Shown one piece after another: positions 30,207 through 40,152 of a DNA stretch of 64,000 nucleotides. The notes beneath the pieces were generated by a model. That model saw only the letters and a program-made list of their open reading frames with translations. It was not told where the DNA came from and did not search any database. The position numbers were made by a program, and so were the translations under genes. The stretch lies in NCBI GenBank assembly GCA_020353515.1, contig CP070695.1:2358966-2422965 (forward strand). Reading direction: 5' to 3'. Numbering within the stretch: position 1 is the first letter of the stretch; each line of letters opens with the position of its first letter. This DNA is from Candidatus Heimdallarchaeota archaeon (GTDB lineage Archaea > Asgardarchaeota > Heimdallarchaeia > Hodarchaeales > Hodarchaeaceae).

Positions 30207-32078
30207 CTACTTTCGTCGCTTAATGATCACTGAGACAGCAGCGACTAACACCAACGCTGGAATAATGGAGAAACCTGGAGTAGGAAGTCCACCACCGTCT
30301 CCATCTTCGCCTTCGGTGTCTTTAGGTAATTTTGTTGGATCAGGAATATTATCGATATCTTTGTTGACAATTTCAGCGTTGAATTCTATTTGGATAGACC
30401 CATCATCGTATATAGGTTCGTACTCATAGGTTTCCTCGTTCCATTCTGAGCCAAATGGGAATTCTTCGAACATGGCATCCAACAAAAGATCAATACCCAT
30501 GCTAACAATCAAACCCTTTGTAGTATATCCGAGCCACATTTCGATTGTAGCAGTGACTTCTACATAAGGTTCCTCAGGATCCTCGGATGGCCACTCAGCT
30601 GCTTGTGTAGAATCAAAAACTACGTCAAGTTCACCGGTGAAATAGAAGAACTTGTATTCATTATTTCCACGGATTTCATAAGTAACATCGAGTTTATCAA
30701 GGGTGATTCCTATATCACCTAACGCATCCTCAGCTTCAGAAGCCGTTACTGCTTCCTCTAGAAGCTCTACAATAGATGAAATGGTTAATGTAGAGGCTTG
30801 CCACATATCCCAATCAGGTGTGATACCAGGAGCGATAAGGGGGATGATGCCATTCGATGAAAACGGATATAATTGCCAGTTTCGGTAGGGGCCTGACGAC
30901 CATTCGCCATAATCGTAACAGGGAGAACCGATGAAACCATTCCACCACAAGGGTTCTTCCATCTGTTCAAGATTATTTCCATCGTAAACTGAGACATCAG
31001 TCTCATAGAAGCATCCGTCTACATCAGTAACTTCAAATTCGAAAATATCCTCGCCATCAGCATCATCAATTGTATCCTGCATCTCGTCTAGCTGATCTTT
31101 GAAATCTTGATGCGCGTCAAACCAACCCTCTGGTGTATAATCGAATGTAGCTTCAGCCATCTCGAGAGTGATTGTTTCTTCGTCTAAGATTTCATCTGGA
31201 AGAGGATTGTGTCTCTTACTCTCAAAGGCTACTTCAACATTCATCTCAACATTTGTCTCGTCTCCAATATCTCCATCGAAACTACCTGTTACTCGTTTGA
31301 AAACTCCTGCATGATCTCCAGATGCAAACCATGCGACTTCAAGAGTGATATCAGCATCAATTTCAGGACCACCAACTGGTTCAGGATAATACACTGAGGT
31401 CTCTTCAGTCCACCACCAAGGTTCTGTAGTTGTGTATTCAGTGGTGTATTCGAGCTCAGCCCCCTCACCAACGTGTCCTTCAATTGTAACTATGAATTCA
31501 CCTTCTTTTTCTTCAGTTGTGAGGTCAACACCTGCATCTTCTAATTGTTCAGCAAGTTCATCGAATAAGTCATCCTCATACTGAGACCACTCGTTAGCAT
31601 CAAGATAGAATGGTAATCCAGCATATTGTCCATCAAAGTCCTCAGCGATAAATTCTAGAAAATCACTACCAGGGATAGGTGTTCCGATACCCATACCAAC
31701 GCCCTTAGGAATAATAAATGCATCACCAAAAATTTCTTCAACATCAGGGGTAAGAGATTCTTCAGGGATAGGAATCTCAATGCTTCTTCCTAAAACAACA
31801 TAAGCATTTAGGGCATAAAAACCATCATTTGCATCAACTGCCATTACTTTTACGCCAAGAGTACTACCTGCAAGATCCAATACAAAATCTTCCATTGGAA
31901 AAGGTGCTTCCATTCCTCCTAGCAAGTCCTCCCAAGGGACGTCGAATTCTGTTACCTCATATATAAAGGTGTCACCAGGTTCCATGACATCTTCATCTAC
32001 CTCGGCAATCCCTATTGATGGGACTAATAATAGCAAGAAGATACTGATTGCTATCATAAATGAAAATTTTTTTCTCAT
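30207..32078 (-). CDS. Acidic cell-surface protein with a PGF-type C-terminal sorting signal
   Basis: Signal peptide MRKKFSFMIAISIFLLLLVPSIGIA, D/E-rich body, and a Gly linker + TPGF + TM + KRRK tail. Confidence 0.88.
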   Translation of the reverse strand: MRKKFSFMIAISIFLLLLVPSIGIAEVDEDVMEPGDTFIYEVTEFDVPWEDLLGGMEAPFPMEDFVLDLAGSTLGVKVMAVDANDGFYALNAYVVLGRSIEIPIPEESLTPDVEEIFGDAFIIPKGVGMGIGTPIPGSDFLEFIAEDFDGQYAGLPFYLDANEWSQYEDDLFDELAEQLEDAGVDLTTEEKEGEFIVTIEGHVGEGAELEYTTEYTTTEPWWWTEETSVYYPEPVGGPEIDADITLEVAWFASGDHAGVFKRVTGSFDGDIGDETNVEMNVEVAFESKRHNPLPDEILDEETITLEMAEATFDYTPEGWFDAHQDFKDQLDEMQDTIDDADGEDIFEFEVTDVDGCFYETDVSVYDGNNLEQMEEPLWWNGFIGSPCYDYGEWSSGPYRNWQLYPFSSNGIIPLIAPGITPDWDMWQASTLTISSIVELLEEAVTASEAEDALGDIGITLDKLDVTYEIRGNNEYKFFYFTGELDVVFDSTQAAEWPSEDPEEPYVEVTATIEMWLGYTTKGLIVSMGIDLLLDAMFEEFPFGSEWNEETYEYEPIYDDGSIQIEFNAEIVNKDIDNIPDPTKLPKDTEGEDGDGGGLPTPGFSIIPALVLVAAVSVIIKRRK

Positions 32079-32228
32079 TCTTGTTTCCTCGTTTTTTAAG
32101 AAGTCTTTATTGAATAAAGATTCAGGTACAATTTCTAATTATCAAAAAATATAAGAGTTTCCAAATGGTAACACGAAAAATATATTCTAAAATGGATTTA
32201 CCATTCATTCAAATTTCTGATATTGATT

Positions 32229-32870
32229 TTATTCGACTGCTACATGATCAATTTCTCCTAATTTAACTCGTCCTATGAGAAAGAGTAACCAGCTTGGTAA
32301 GAGGAGAATCATACTAAAAGCAGATTGAAGATATAAGTCGCTTCCTATTATCGCAAAAACTACTCCTATAAAGAGAGTAACATGTTGAATTAATCTAATA
32401 TTTGGTTTAAGAACAAAAAAATACCGACTATAAGAAATTAGAATCAGAACTATTCCTATTAACAAAAAGGTTATGAATGAGTTATTGGAAAACCAATTAG
32501 GATATAAAAAATACATTAGAAATAATAATTCAGCAAAAACAATGCTTAGGAAACTCCCTACGCATCCAGAACAAATAGAATGCTCTCCAAGCTGAAATTC
32601 ATGATCAACTTGTAATGGAGGAGGATGATGATTGAGGTCAATTCTACAGCTAGGAAACAATCCTGAAAAGGAGAATTGAAAATGAAGGAGTCTAGGAATA
32701 ATCGATAATCCTGCAAACATAAACATTCCAATTAAAAATTGCCGTGTGATCCAATCCTCATCCAAGGGACTTGAAATATCTCGAGTCAGAATTGTAGCTA
32801 TGCAGATACTGACTATCAACACGGAAAAGGGAGTACCGATAATCAAGGCTTTTTTTATAGCAGTATTCAA
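32229..32870 (-). CDS. Membrane protein, DUF2085-like
   Basis: C...H.F.LG...ICSGCVG between TM helices. Confidence 0.6.
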   Translation of the reverse strand: MNTAIKKALIIGTPFSVLIVSICIATILTRDISSPLDEDWITRQFLIGMFMFAGLSIIPRLLHFQFSFSGLFPSCRIDLNHHPPPLQVDHEFQLGEHSICSGCVGSFLSIVFAELLFLMYFLYPNWFSNNSFITFLLIGIVLILISYSRYFFVLKPNIRLIQHVTLFIGVVFAIIGSDLYLQSAFSMILLLPSWLLFLIGRVKLGEIDHVAVE

Positions 32871-32981
32871 AAGGAAGCACCTATGAATTGATGTTCAGTT
32901 AGGTTGAGGAAGAAATTTAAAACTACCTAAGAACTTATGCTGTTTTAGTGAATTCAGACTAGTTCCCTCGAGATGAGTTAA

Positions 32982-33977
32982 GTGAAATTCATGGTTACAG
33001 GTGGTAGTGGTTTCGTAGGGAGTCACATTGTTGATGCTTTAGAAAAACATTTTCCTCCCTCAAGCATATCACTAATTGTTCGTAATCCAACGAAAGTAAA
33101 AATACGATCAGAGGCAGGAATTACTGTTTTTCAAGGGGATATTACTAATCTTGAATCATTACACCGTGTTATGACAGATTTTCGTCCTAATGTTGTAATT
33201 CATGCCGCAGCACTGGCAGATGATTGGGCTCCCCTCTCAAAATTGATGGAGACAAATGCTCAAGGTACTCAAAATATAATTGATGCAATGGTTCAATCAT
33301 GTACAGCTGATTTGCTGATTCACATTTCTTCCTCAGGAGTTTATCCTAGAAAAACTTCTGTTCATTTAGCTGAAGATACTCCATATGGGCCATATGGTGA
33401 TTACCATAAATCTAAAGTAGCTGCGGAAGAGATAGTCAAGGCTACAATGGAAAAGAGACTTGTAAATACTACAATAATACGCCCACCCAACGTTATGGGA
33501 ATTAGAGATTTCACACATATGGCAAGAATATGTCAGGCCATTAAAAAAAGGAAATTTCCCATTATAAATGAAGGTAAGGCCATTCAGACATGGGTAGCTG
33601 CAGAGGATTTAGCACAAGCAGTCATTCTTGCTATAAACCTGCAAAAAAAGGCAAGTGGTCAAATATATAATGTTAAATCATTTGAAATATCTGTGAAAGA
33701 ACTTTACAATCAAATTGCGTCAAGATTAAACATTACAAAACCTCCCAAAAAATATTCTTACCGTTTAGCATATATCGGAGGATTTATTTCAGAAATTATT
33801 GGAAAATTAAAACAAAAACCCTCTACTCTTAATCGTTACCGTGTTATCAAATTTGGTAAGGATCGCCTTTTTGATGATTCAAAAATTCGTTCTGAGCTGA
33901 ATTATCAACCTATAGCGTCAGCAAAAGATACAATCGCAGACACGGTGACATGGCTACAAAAAGAAGGAATAGTATGA
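32982..33977 (+). CDS. NAD-dependent epimerase/dehydratase (3-beta-HSD-like extended SDR)
   Basis: TGGSGFVG, HAAA, YHKSK, IIRP. Confidence 0.92.
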   Translation: MKFMVTGGSGFVGSHIVDALEKHFPPSSISLIVRNPTKVKIRSEAGITVFQGDITNLESLHRVMTDFRPNVVIHAAALADDWAPLSKLMETNAQGTQNIIDAMVQSCTADLLIHISSSGVYPRKTSVHLAEDTPYGPYGDYHKSKVAAEEIVKATMEKRLVNTTIIRPPNVMGIRDFTHMARICQAIKKRKFPIINEGKAIQTWVAAEDLAQAVILAINLQKKASGQIYNVKSFEISVKELYNQIASRLNITKPPKKYSYRLAYIGGFISEIIGKLKQKPSTLNRYRVIKFGKDRLFDDSKIRSELNYQPIASAKDTIADTVTWLQKEGIV

Positions 33978-33990
33978 TTGATGTGAGTTT

Positions 33991-34488
33991 ATGGAAGCAA
34001 GATACATCATTAGAACATTATGTTATGCGCTAGAGAATCAAGTACGTTTTGTTACCAATGATTTAAATGATGAGGATCTACGGTGGAGATCTGATATTGG
34101 ATCTCCAGCCATCGGATGGATAGTAGGTCATGTATTGGTTGGACATGATATGATTGCTAGTCATCGGTTTTGTGGAAATGCAATAATCCTCTCTGAAGAG
34201 TATAGTACCAACTTTGGAATGGGTACTAATGGAGATTTTCCTGAACCTTTCACTTTAGATGATCTTTTTATTAAATTTAAACAGGTAAATGGGAAAATAA
34301 CTAAAGTTCTGAGTGATAAAAATGATAAGTGGCTTGAAGAATTTTATGATGACTCTGGATTCCCTCCAAATTGGCAAAATAAAAATATCGGAAAAGCGTT
34401 CATTTTGCATTTTAACCATCAATTTACCCATACAGGGCAAATCTTAGAAATCAGACGAATGCGGGGTCGAGGAGCATGGGGGTTTTAA
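33991..34488 (+). CDS. DinB-family protein
   Basis: IGWIVGH and HQFTHTGQI metal-triad pattern. Confidence 0.85.
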   Translation: MEARYIIRTLCYALENQVRFVTNDLNDEDLRWRSDIGSPAIGWIVGHVLVGHDMIASHRFCGNAIILSEEYSTNFGMGTNGDFPEPFTLDDLFIKFKQVNGKITKVLSDKNDKWLEEFYDDSGFPPNWQNKNIGKAFILHFNHQFTHTGQILEIRRMRGRGAWGF

Positions 34489-34508
34489 TAGCTTTGTAAA
34501 TTCTAAAG

Positions 34509-35543
34509 ATGAGGAATTTGGACCAGAAGATTGCGAGAATTGTCAATGTGGAATGGATAGCTCAAGAACTACAACAAAAGTTTGAAACTACTGGACCATT
34601 AATTGAGGTTGTTGTTGATATCGTTCCAAAAACTATCCAGGTGAAGAAAGAAGCTTACAAACCGTCCCACTATCTTATTATCCAAGGGTCTTTCGATCCT
34701 CCTACTTCATCGCATATAAATCTTATTTCAAAAGCAATTTATCTTCACTCTAAACTCTATGCGTCAAACAAAATTAAAGTTTTACTCCTACTCTCGCTTT
34801 CTCATGTTGATAAAAGAATAGATGTCTTAAATCGCTCATTATTAGGTTATAGAGTCGAAATGCTAGAAAATTTATATTCTTCTCTTAAGATAAAAACCCC
34901 CATTTCGATTGGTTTGTCAAATGTGGCCCGATACATTGATTTAATTGATGCTATTCGGCAATTTTTTCCTAAAATAGAAAAATTATCATTTGTTATGGGG
35001 ATGGACGTCTTTAAGAAACTTCTGGATGCTTCTTACTACTCAAAGCCTGTCGAAGAAGTGTTACATCTGATTTTTAGAGCTAATTACTATATTGCAGGTA
35101 GAAGGGACGTTTTTTCAAAAAAAGAATTTGATACATTCCTCAATAAACATTTACACCAGAAATATCACCAATACGTTCATTTCTTATCTTTATCAAAATC
35201 CTATAGATTTCTAAATGCGACATCAATTCGAGAAAAATATTCTAATGATCAACCCATTCAGGAATTGTATACTCACTCCACGATAATTAAATATTTGAAA
35301 AAGAATAATATATACCGTCTAACACCAAAATGGATTGCAACGAAAATCGCAATCCATTTAGTTGTCCAATTGACATTAGAATCAGGTAAAGATCAAATAA
35401 TAGCAATTAAGATCTTGAGACAGTTGTTACCTGAAATTGAAAGAAAACCTGATTTGCAACAACAACTAATTAATGACTACAAATCCAAAAAAACAGAAGA
35501 AATTTCCAAGAGATGGAACCAATTAATCAACCTAATTTCGTAA
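34509..35543 (+). CDS. Nicotinamide/nicotinate-nucleotide adenylyltransferase-like protein
   Basis: GSFDPPTSSH, HVDK, FVMGMD, YY, NATSIR. Confidence 0.8.
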   Translation: MRNLDQKIARIVNVEWIAQELQQKFETTGPLIEVVVDIVPKTIQVKKEAYKPSHYLIIQGSFDPPTSSHINLISKAIYLHSKLYASNKIKVLLLLSLSHVDKRIDVLNRSLLGYRVEMLENLYSSLKIKTPISIGLSNVARYIDLIDAIRQFFPKIEKLSFVMGMDVFKKLLDASYYSKPVEEVLHLIFRANYYIAGRRDVFSKKEFDTFLNKHLHQKYHQYVHFLSLSKSYRFLNATSIREKYSNDQPIQELYTHSTIIKYLKKNNIYRLTPKWIATKIAIHLVVQLTLESGKDQIIAIKILRQLLPEIERKPDLQQQLINDYKSKKTEEISKRWNQLINLIS

Positions 35544-36124
35544 AAGAACTCCAAGAAATAATAGATGGGGTATTTGATCCAATAAAATCTACATATGCAA
35601 TTTCTTACGGATTACTCCACGCATATACCAAGAGGTATATCATTCCATTACTTCATAAAAATGATTTAACAATAGCAACCGTAGAACTAACTACATGTGG
35701 TCTAATAAGTGATCTACTTACAGGATCAAGTGGTGCCTCACACATATTTATTCTAGGGATGATCCCCTACTCAAATGAAATGAAAATTAAATTAGGAATA
35801 GAAGATGAGGATTTATCATTTGGAGGATATGGAGTTGCTTCTCCAGAGACAGCTAAGCAACTAGCAGAGCGAATAAGAGAGTTTTCTGGAGCTAATATTG
35901 GTCTTGCAGAAACAGGTTTAATATCATCATCAGAATTAGAAAAGAGAAGAACAGAAAAAAAAGCTGGAGAAGTGTATACAGCGATTTCTTTTCACGAAGA
36001 GGTTTTAGTAACAAGGTTATCAATCCAAGAGGATCTAAAAAGAAGAGAAATGCGTCAAGAAATAGCTTACCGTGTTTTACAGTTTCTAGGAGATTTTTTG
36101 AAAACTCAGGTAACTGATGACTAA
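35513..36124 (+). CDS. CinA/PncC (NMN deamidase)-like protein
   Basis: TIATVELTTCGLI, SGAS, YSNEMK, GVASPETA, GLAETG. Confidence 0.85.
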   Translation: MEPINQPNFVKELQEIIDGVFDPIKSTYAISYGLLHAYTKRYIIPLLHKNDLTIATVELTTCGLISDLLTGSSGASHIFILGMIPYSNEMKIKLGIEDEDLSFGGYGVASPETAKQLAERIREFSGANIGLAETGLISSSELEKRRTEKKAGEVYTAISFHEEVLVTRLSIQEDLKRREMRQEIAYRVLQFLGDFLKTQVTDD

Positions 36125-37665
36125 TTGTTTACCTCATAGACAACATCAAGTAACGTTCCATCACGATATTCTACAACTGTGCAAATTTCATCTGTGAATT
36201 CTAGTTCTGGTGGTGCAGCTTGACTATAAGCCATATCCTTTAATTCAGTGATATCTGTTATTTCAATCCCTCCTTTTGATAACATATTTCTTAACTTAAC
36301 TCTTTTTGGATTTACAGCTATCCCAGCATCTGTTATCAAGACATCAATCATTTCACCTGGAGTTGAAACAGTTGTGACCCGATCTCGTACAATCGGCACC
36401 TTCCTAGCAATTGGACAGGTAATAATTGTTAATTGAGCAGCTGCGGCATCAGTATGACCTCCGATACCGTGAAGTAACAAACCATCAGAATGTGTATTAA
36501 CATTTACATTGAAATCTACGTCAATTTCAGTTGCTCCAAGGGCGACCACATCTACATAATGAGCAAGAGGACCACCAGGGGCCCAAATATTATAGGAATT
36601 TTGAGCAGACCATTCATAATGACAAGGATTTTCTCGTAAGGATTTCGCAGCAACAAGGTCAAAGGATTGTCCATCAAAGATCTTTCTGACTAACCCTTCC
36701 TCTAACAACTTAACTGCGGCTCCTGTAGTTCCCCCATGAATAAAAGATCCTTGAATTTCTCTTTCAATCATTATTTCGTGGAGGAATTGGGTTGTGCCAA
36801 GAGAAACCCCCCCTGCTCCTGCTTGAAATGACATCCCCTCTTTCACATAACCAGCTGCTTCAGCTACTTTTACTACTTGTTCTGCAATTTCTAAATGACG
36901 ATCAGTAACATTTCTGCCGAGAGAGCCCGCAACTATCTTTTTCGGATCTCCAATACGATCTACTGTTACTATATAGTCAACTTTATCGCCTCTTATGCTT
37001 ACAGGATAAACAGGTTCGTCTGTCAATAGATTATCAGTAACTAAAACGACTTTATCAGCGTAAATAGAATCAGTCTCATTAGCAAAACCACAGGCCCCAT
37101 AAGCAGAGGGTCCTTGACATCCATTCATATTACCCATTTCATCCACCGCAGGAGCAGCTATGAAAGAAACGTCAAGATGAAGTTCTCCGCATTCTACAGC
37201 GCGTGCTCGACCCCCGTGCGAACGTAAACTGGTTGGAATGTTTAATTCTCCTGTCGAAACAGCTTTTCCAATAGGACCATTCATCGATCCAGAAATACAG
37301 CTAATTACTCCTGAATGAATATGTTCAATGAGAGGTTCGTGATTAGGAAATAAAGCAGTAGATGCTATAGTTAAATTCTTGTAACCCATACTCGCTATTG
37401 TGTCCATCACCTCACAGATAACAAAATCGCCGTATCTGAGGTTGTGGATAAAGCCAATGGTCATACCATCACTGAGATTGACCTTGGAGATTACCTGTTC
37501 TAAATCATCAAATATTCGTTTTGTTTTAGTTGTAGTAATGTATGGAGAGTACTTACGACCGATTTTAGATCCTTTAGGTGCCGTTGAATATGCTCCTGCG
37601 TAAGGGATATATTTTCTTCCGAAGATTTTTTCTGGGACATTTCTTCTAACTGCGTTTATTACCAT
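36121..37665 (-). CDS. citF: Citrate lyase alpha chain (citrate CoA/ACP-transferase)
   Basis: DGMTIGFIHNLRYGD, RSHGGRARA, SFQAGAGG, EIDVDFNVNV, GGHTD, VEYRDGT. Confidence 0.9.
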   Translation of the reverse strand: MVINAVRRNVPEKIFGRKYIPYAGAYSTAPKGSKIGRKYSPYITTTKTKRIFDDLEQVISKVNLSDGMTIGFIHNLRYGDFVICEVMDTIASMGYKNLTIASTALFPNHEPLIEHIHSGVISCISGSMNGPIGKAVSTGELNIPTSLRSHGGRARAVECGELHLDVSFIAAPAVDEMGNMNGCQGPSAYGACGFANETDSIYADKVVLVTDNLLTDEPVYPVSIRGDKVDYIVTVDRIGDPKKIVAGSLGRNVTDRHLEIAEQVVKVAEAAGYVKEGMSFQAGAGGVSLGTTQFLHEIMIEREIQGSFIHGGTTGAAVKLLEEGLVRKIFDGQSFDLVAAKSLRENPCHYEWSAQNSYNIWAPGGPLAHYVDVVALGATEIDVDFNVNVNTHSDGLLLHGIGGHTDAAAAQLTIITCPIARKVPIVRDRVTTVSTPGEMIDVLITDAGIAVNPKRVKLRNMLSKGGIEITDITELKDMAYSQAAPPELEFTDEICTVVEYRDGTLLDVVYEVNN

Positions 37666-37791
37666 TAGAAATAGCCTCTGATAACTAATTTCCCCTAGAA
37701 GTCAATTTCAGGGTGTCAAAGAAAAGGGCAAAAATCTTTTGTAACAGGTAGGAGAAGATTGAGGGAGATAGGTATTGGTCGAATATATCTA

Positions 37792-38526
37792 TTAATGACT
37801 CATAAGTAAAATGAATACAATGAATATTATCCCTAATCCCAATATAGTAAGGTTAAATTTTGAAGCTTCCATCTCTGATTCAGGAAGTAACCTACTAGCT
37901 CCAATGTAAAGTAATGTACCAGCAGATAACGCTAATAATATACCTAATTGAGCATCTCCAATATTATAAACAAATGGAAAGGCGAGAATTGCCCCTAATG
38001 GAGTGGAGATAGATGCTGCCAAGAATGAGAATATTAATGATCTTCTTTCACTGAATCCAGCCTTTTTTAGAAGTAAAAATGTTATAATACCTTCAGGAAT
38101 TTCGTGAAAAACCATTGCAGTAGAGGTAACAACACCTGTGATCATACTCACGTTGAAAGTAACCATATATATTATGCCATCAACAAATGAATGAAGCCCA
38201 ATACCCCAAGCTGAAATGATTCCAAGGCTATAATATTGTTTTTCTTCTCGGTTAAAAGAGCCATGATCATCTAAGAATCTATCATATACATGTAATGATA
38301 AGAATCCTAGTAACACAAATAGAGGCGCACTCACATTCAATTCAATTGATTCTGGGATGACATGTAATAATGATACCGCTATCAATAGTCCTGCTGCAAA
38401 ACTCATGAAGTAAAAAACATTTCTTTGACCCCATTCTTGATACTTCCATATAATAATAATCCCTATAGATGTACTAATAGACGCGATTAAGCTGAAAATT
38501 ATCGCAAGGCTAGGTTCTGGAAGCAT
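37792..38526 (-). CDS. ZIP-family divalent metal transporter
   Basis: SFAAG, HVIPES, LHSFVDG, FHEIPEG. Confidence 0.93.
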   Translation of the reverse strand: MLPEPSLAIIFSLIASISTSIGIIIIWKYQEWGQRNVFYFMSFAAGLLIAVSLLHVIPESIELNVSAPLFVLLGFLSLHVYDRFLDDHGSFNREEKQYYSLGIISAWGIGLHSFVDGIIYMVTFNVSMITGVVTSTAMVFHEIPEGIITFLLLKKAGFSERRSLIFSFLAASISTPLGAILAFPFVYNIGDAQLGILLALSAGTLLYIGASRLLPESEMEASKFNLTILGLGIIFIVFILLMSH

Positions 38527-38546
38527 TATATTAACCTCTTTTCTTG

Positions 38547-38987
38547 TTAATTTTTATCGTTTAGACAAATTCTTTCGGACAAGACAGCTTCTTGTAGCTT
38601 ACAATCGTTACTGCAATTAAATTTATTTTTAACTGCATTTACAAAATCACAGGAAACAGTGGGAGTTAAACATAGTGTTTCCTTCTTTCTAATATCTTCT
38701 GAGAGATCAAGCGTTTCCTCAAAATATCTTTCAAGTAAATGCATATGCCAATTAAGATGTAAAGCCTCCTCGTTCCCTTTACCTGTTAATTCTACAACTC
38801 TATGAGGTTCCCATTCAACCAATTGGAATTTTTTCAGTTTTTTTATCATAGTGTGTAGAGATTGCCTAGTTCGGGAAAAACCATATTCATTTGTTAATAC
38901 TTCAAAAAGATGTCCGGCAGTGATTGGTTTCTTTCTTACATAAAGGAATAGAAGAATCAATTTCTCAGAGTCTGAAAATTCTACCAT
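38547..38987 (-). CDS. DtxR/MntR-like metal-dependent regulator
   Basis: Winged HTH, VELTGKG, HLLERYF; immediately upstream of the ZIP gene. Confidence 0.8.
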   Translation of the reverse strand: MVEFSDSEKLILLFLYVRKKPITAGHLFEVLTNEYGFSRTRQSLHTMIKKLKKFQLVEWEPHRVVELTGKGNEEALHLNWHMHLLERYFEETLDLSEDIRKKETLCLTPTVSCDFVNAVKNKFNCSNDCKLQEAVLSERICLNDKN

Positions 38988-39123
38988 TTTTTATCATCAA
39001 TCAAACATTTTTATAATGCCTAGAGTAATTTTATTCCGTTTATAGCTATTTACCAATCAGTTTTAAAGGTAGCTGACAAATATCAATAATCTTTAAATTC
39101 AAAAATAAAGCAATTAAATAATG

Positions 39124-39135
39124 TTAGTACCCTAA
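39124..39135. promoter_or_regulatory. Candidate DtxR-family operator TTAG-N4-CTAA
   Basis: Palindrome TTAGtaccCTAA in the AT-rich region upstream of the regulator-ZIP pair. Confidence 0.3.
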
Positions 39136-39270
39136 TTAAATTATTAAATATTAATAAAAGAACATCTAGATTGATTTTAATTCTGTGTACAATTTTTAGA
39201 GCTTCTCCTAAAGGAATAACGTTTTAAAAATGACAAGACTCATAATAAAAACGATAAAAACTGTATATCA

Positions 39271-40149
39271 ATGTCACATCAATTACACAGAATTACAGAC
39301 AATATTCATTTAGTACAAGGGAAAAATAACGGAAAATTTCCTTTTTCTCATTCCATCCTAATTTCTGGTGATTCAAAAGAAACCATCCTAATTGATACAG
39401 GATGTGGTATTGAAAATCTTAAATCACTAAAGGATGAATTTCAGATAAACTGTGTGATCAATTCTCATACTCATCCTGACCACTCTGCGGGTAACTGGCT
39501 TTTTCGAAATAATACAGAGGAAATTATGGTTCCTGTTGAAGGATTTAAAACTAGTGGGAATATTTTTGCATTATCTAACAGATTTACTGAACCTGGAGAG
39601 ATTGCTAAATACTGGAGGAATCATGTTCCAAGAATAATGGGAATGAAGAATTGCACTCCAACACAGAGCTTTGACCACAAATCAGTTTTTATCTTTGAAA
39701 ACGTTAAACTTCTCCCCATTTATACACCAGGACATACTATTGACCACTACTGTTTCTATGAACCAAATGACAAAATTCTATTTTCTTTTGATATAGATTT
39801 GACTTCTTTTGGTCCCTGGTATGGCCATCGTGAGTCAAGTATCCCTCAATTTAAAGAATCGATTACTAGGCTTAAAGAATTAGAAATTAATACTCTAGTT
39901 TCATCACATAAGGGTATACTAACAGAAAATATCCAAGACCAACTAGATAGTTTTTATGCGAAATTTGAAGAAAGAAAAAGAAAAATTAGTACTCTATTTC
40001 AAAATGGAGCCCTTACTATCAATCAACTTGTCGAAGAAAAACCAATTTATGGAGAATTTCCATATGCAAAGCCTTTACTCCGTTATTGGGAAATACAAAT
40101 GATAAAAAAGCACTTAGCAGAGATCAAACATCAATCTAATGATTTATAG
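39271..40149 (+). CDS. MBL-fold metallo-hydrolase
   Basis: LIDTG, SHTHPDH, TPGHT, SSH. Confidence 0.92.
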   Translation: MSHQLHRITDNIHLVQGKNNGKFPFSHSILISGDSKETILIDTGCGIENLKSLKDEFQINCVINSHTHPDHSAGNWLFRNNTEEIMVPVEGFKTSGNIFALSNRFTEPGEIAKYWRNHVPRIMGMKNCTPTQSFDHKSVFIFENVKLLPIYTPGHTIDHYCFYEPNDKILFSFDIDLTSFGPWYGHRESSIPQFKESITRLKELEINTLVSSHKGILTENIQDQLDSFYAKFEERKRKISTLFQNGALTINQLVEEKPIYGEFPYAKPLLRYWEIQMIKKHLAEIKHQSNDL

Positions 40150-40152
40150 GTT

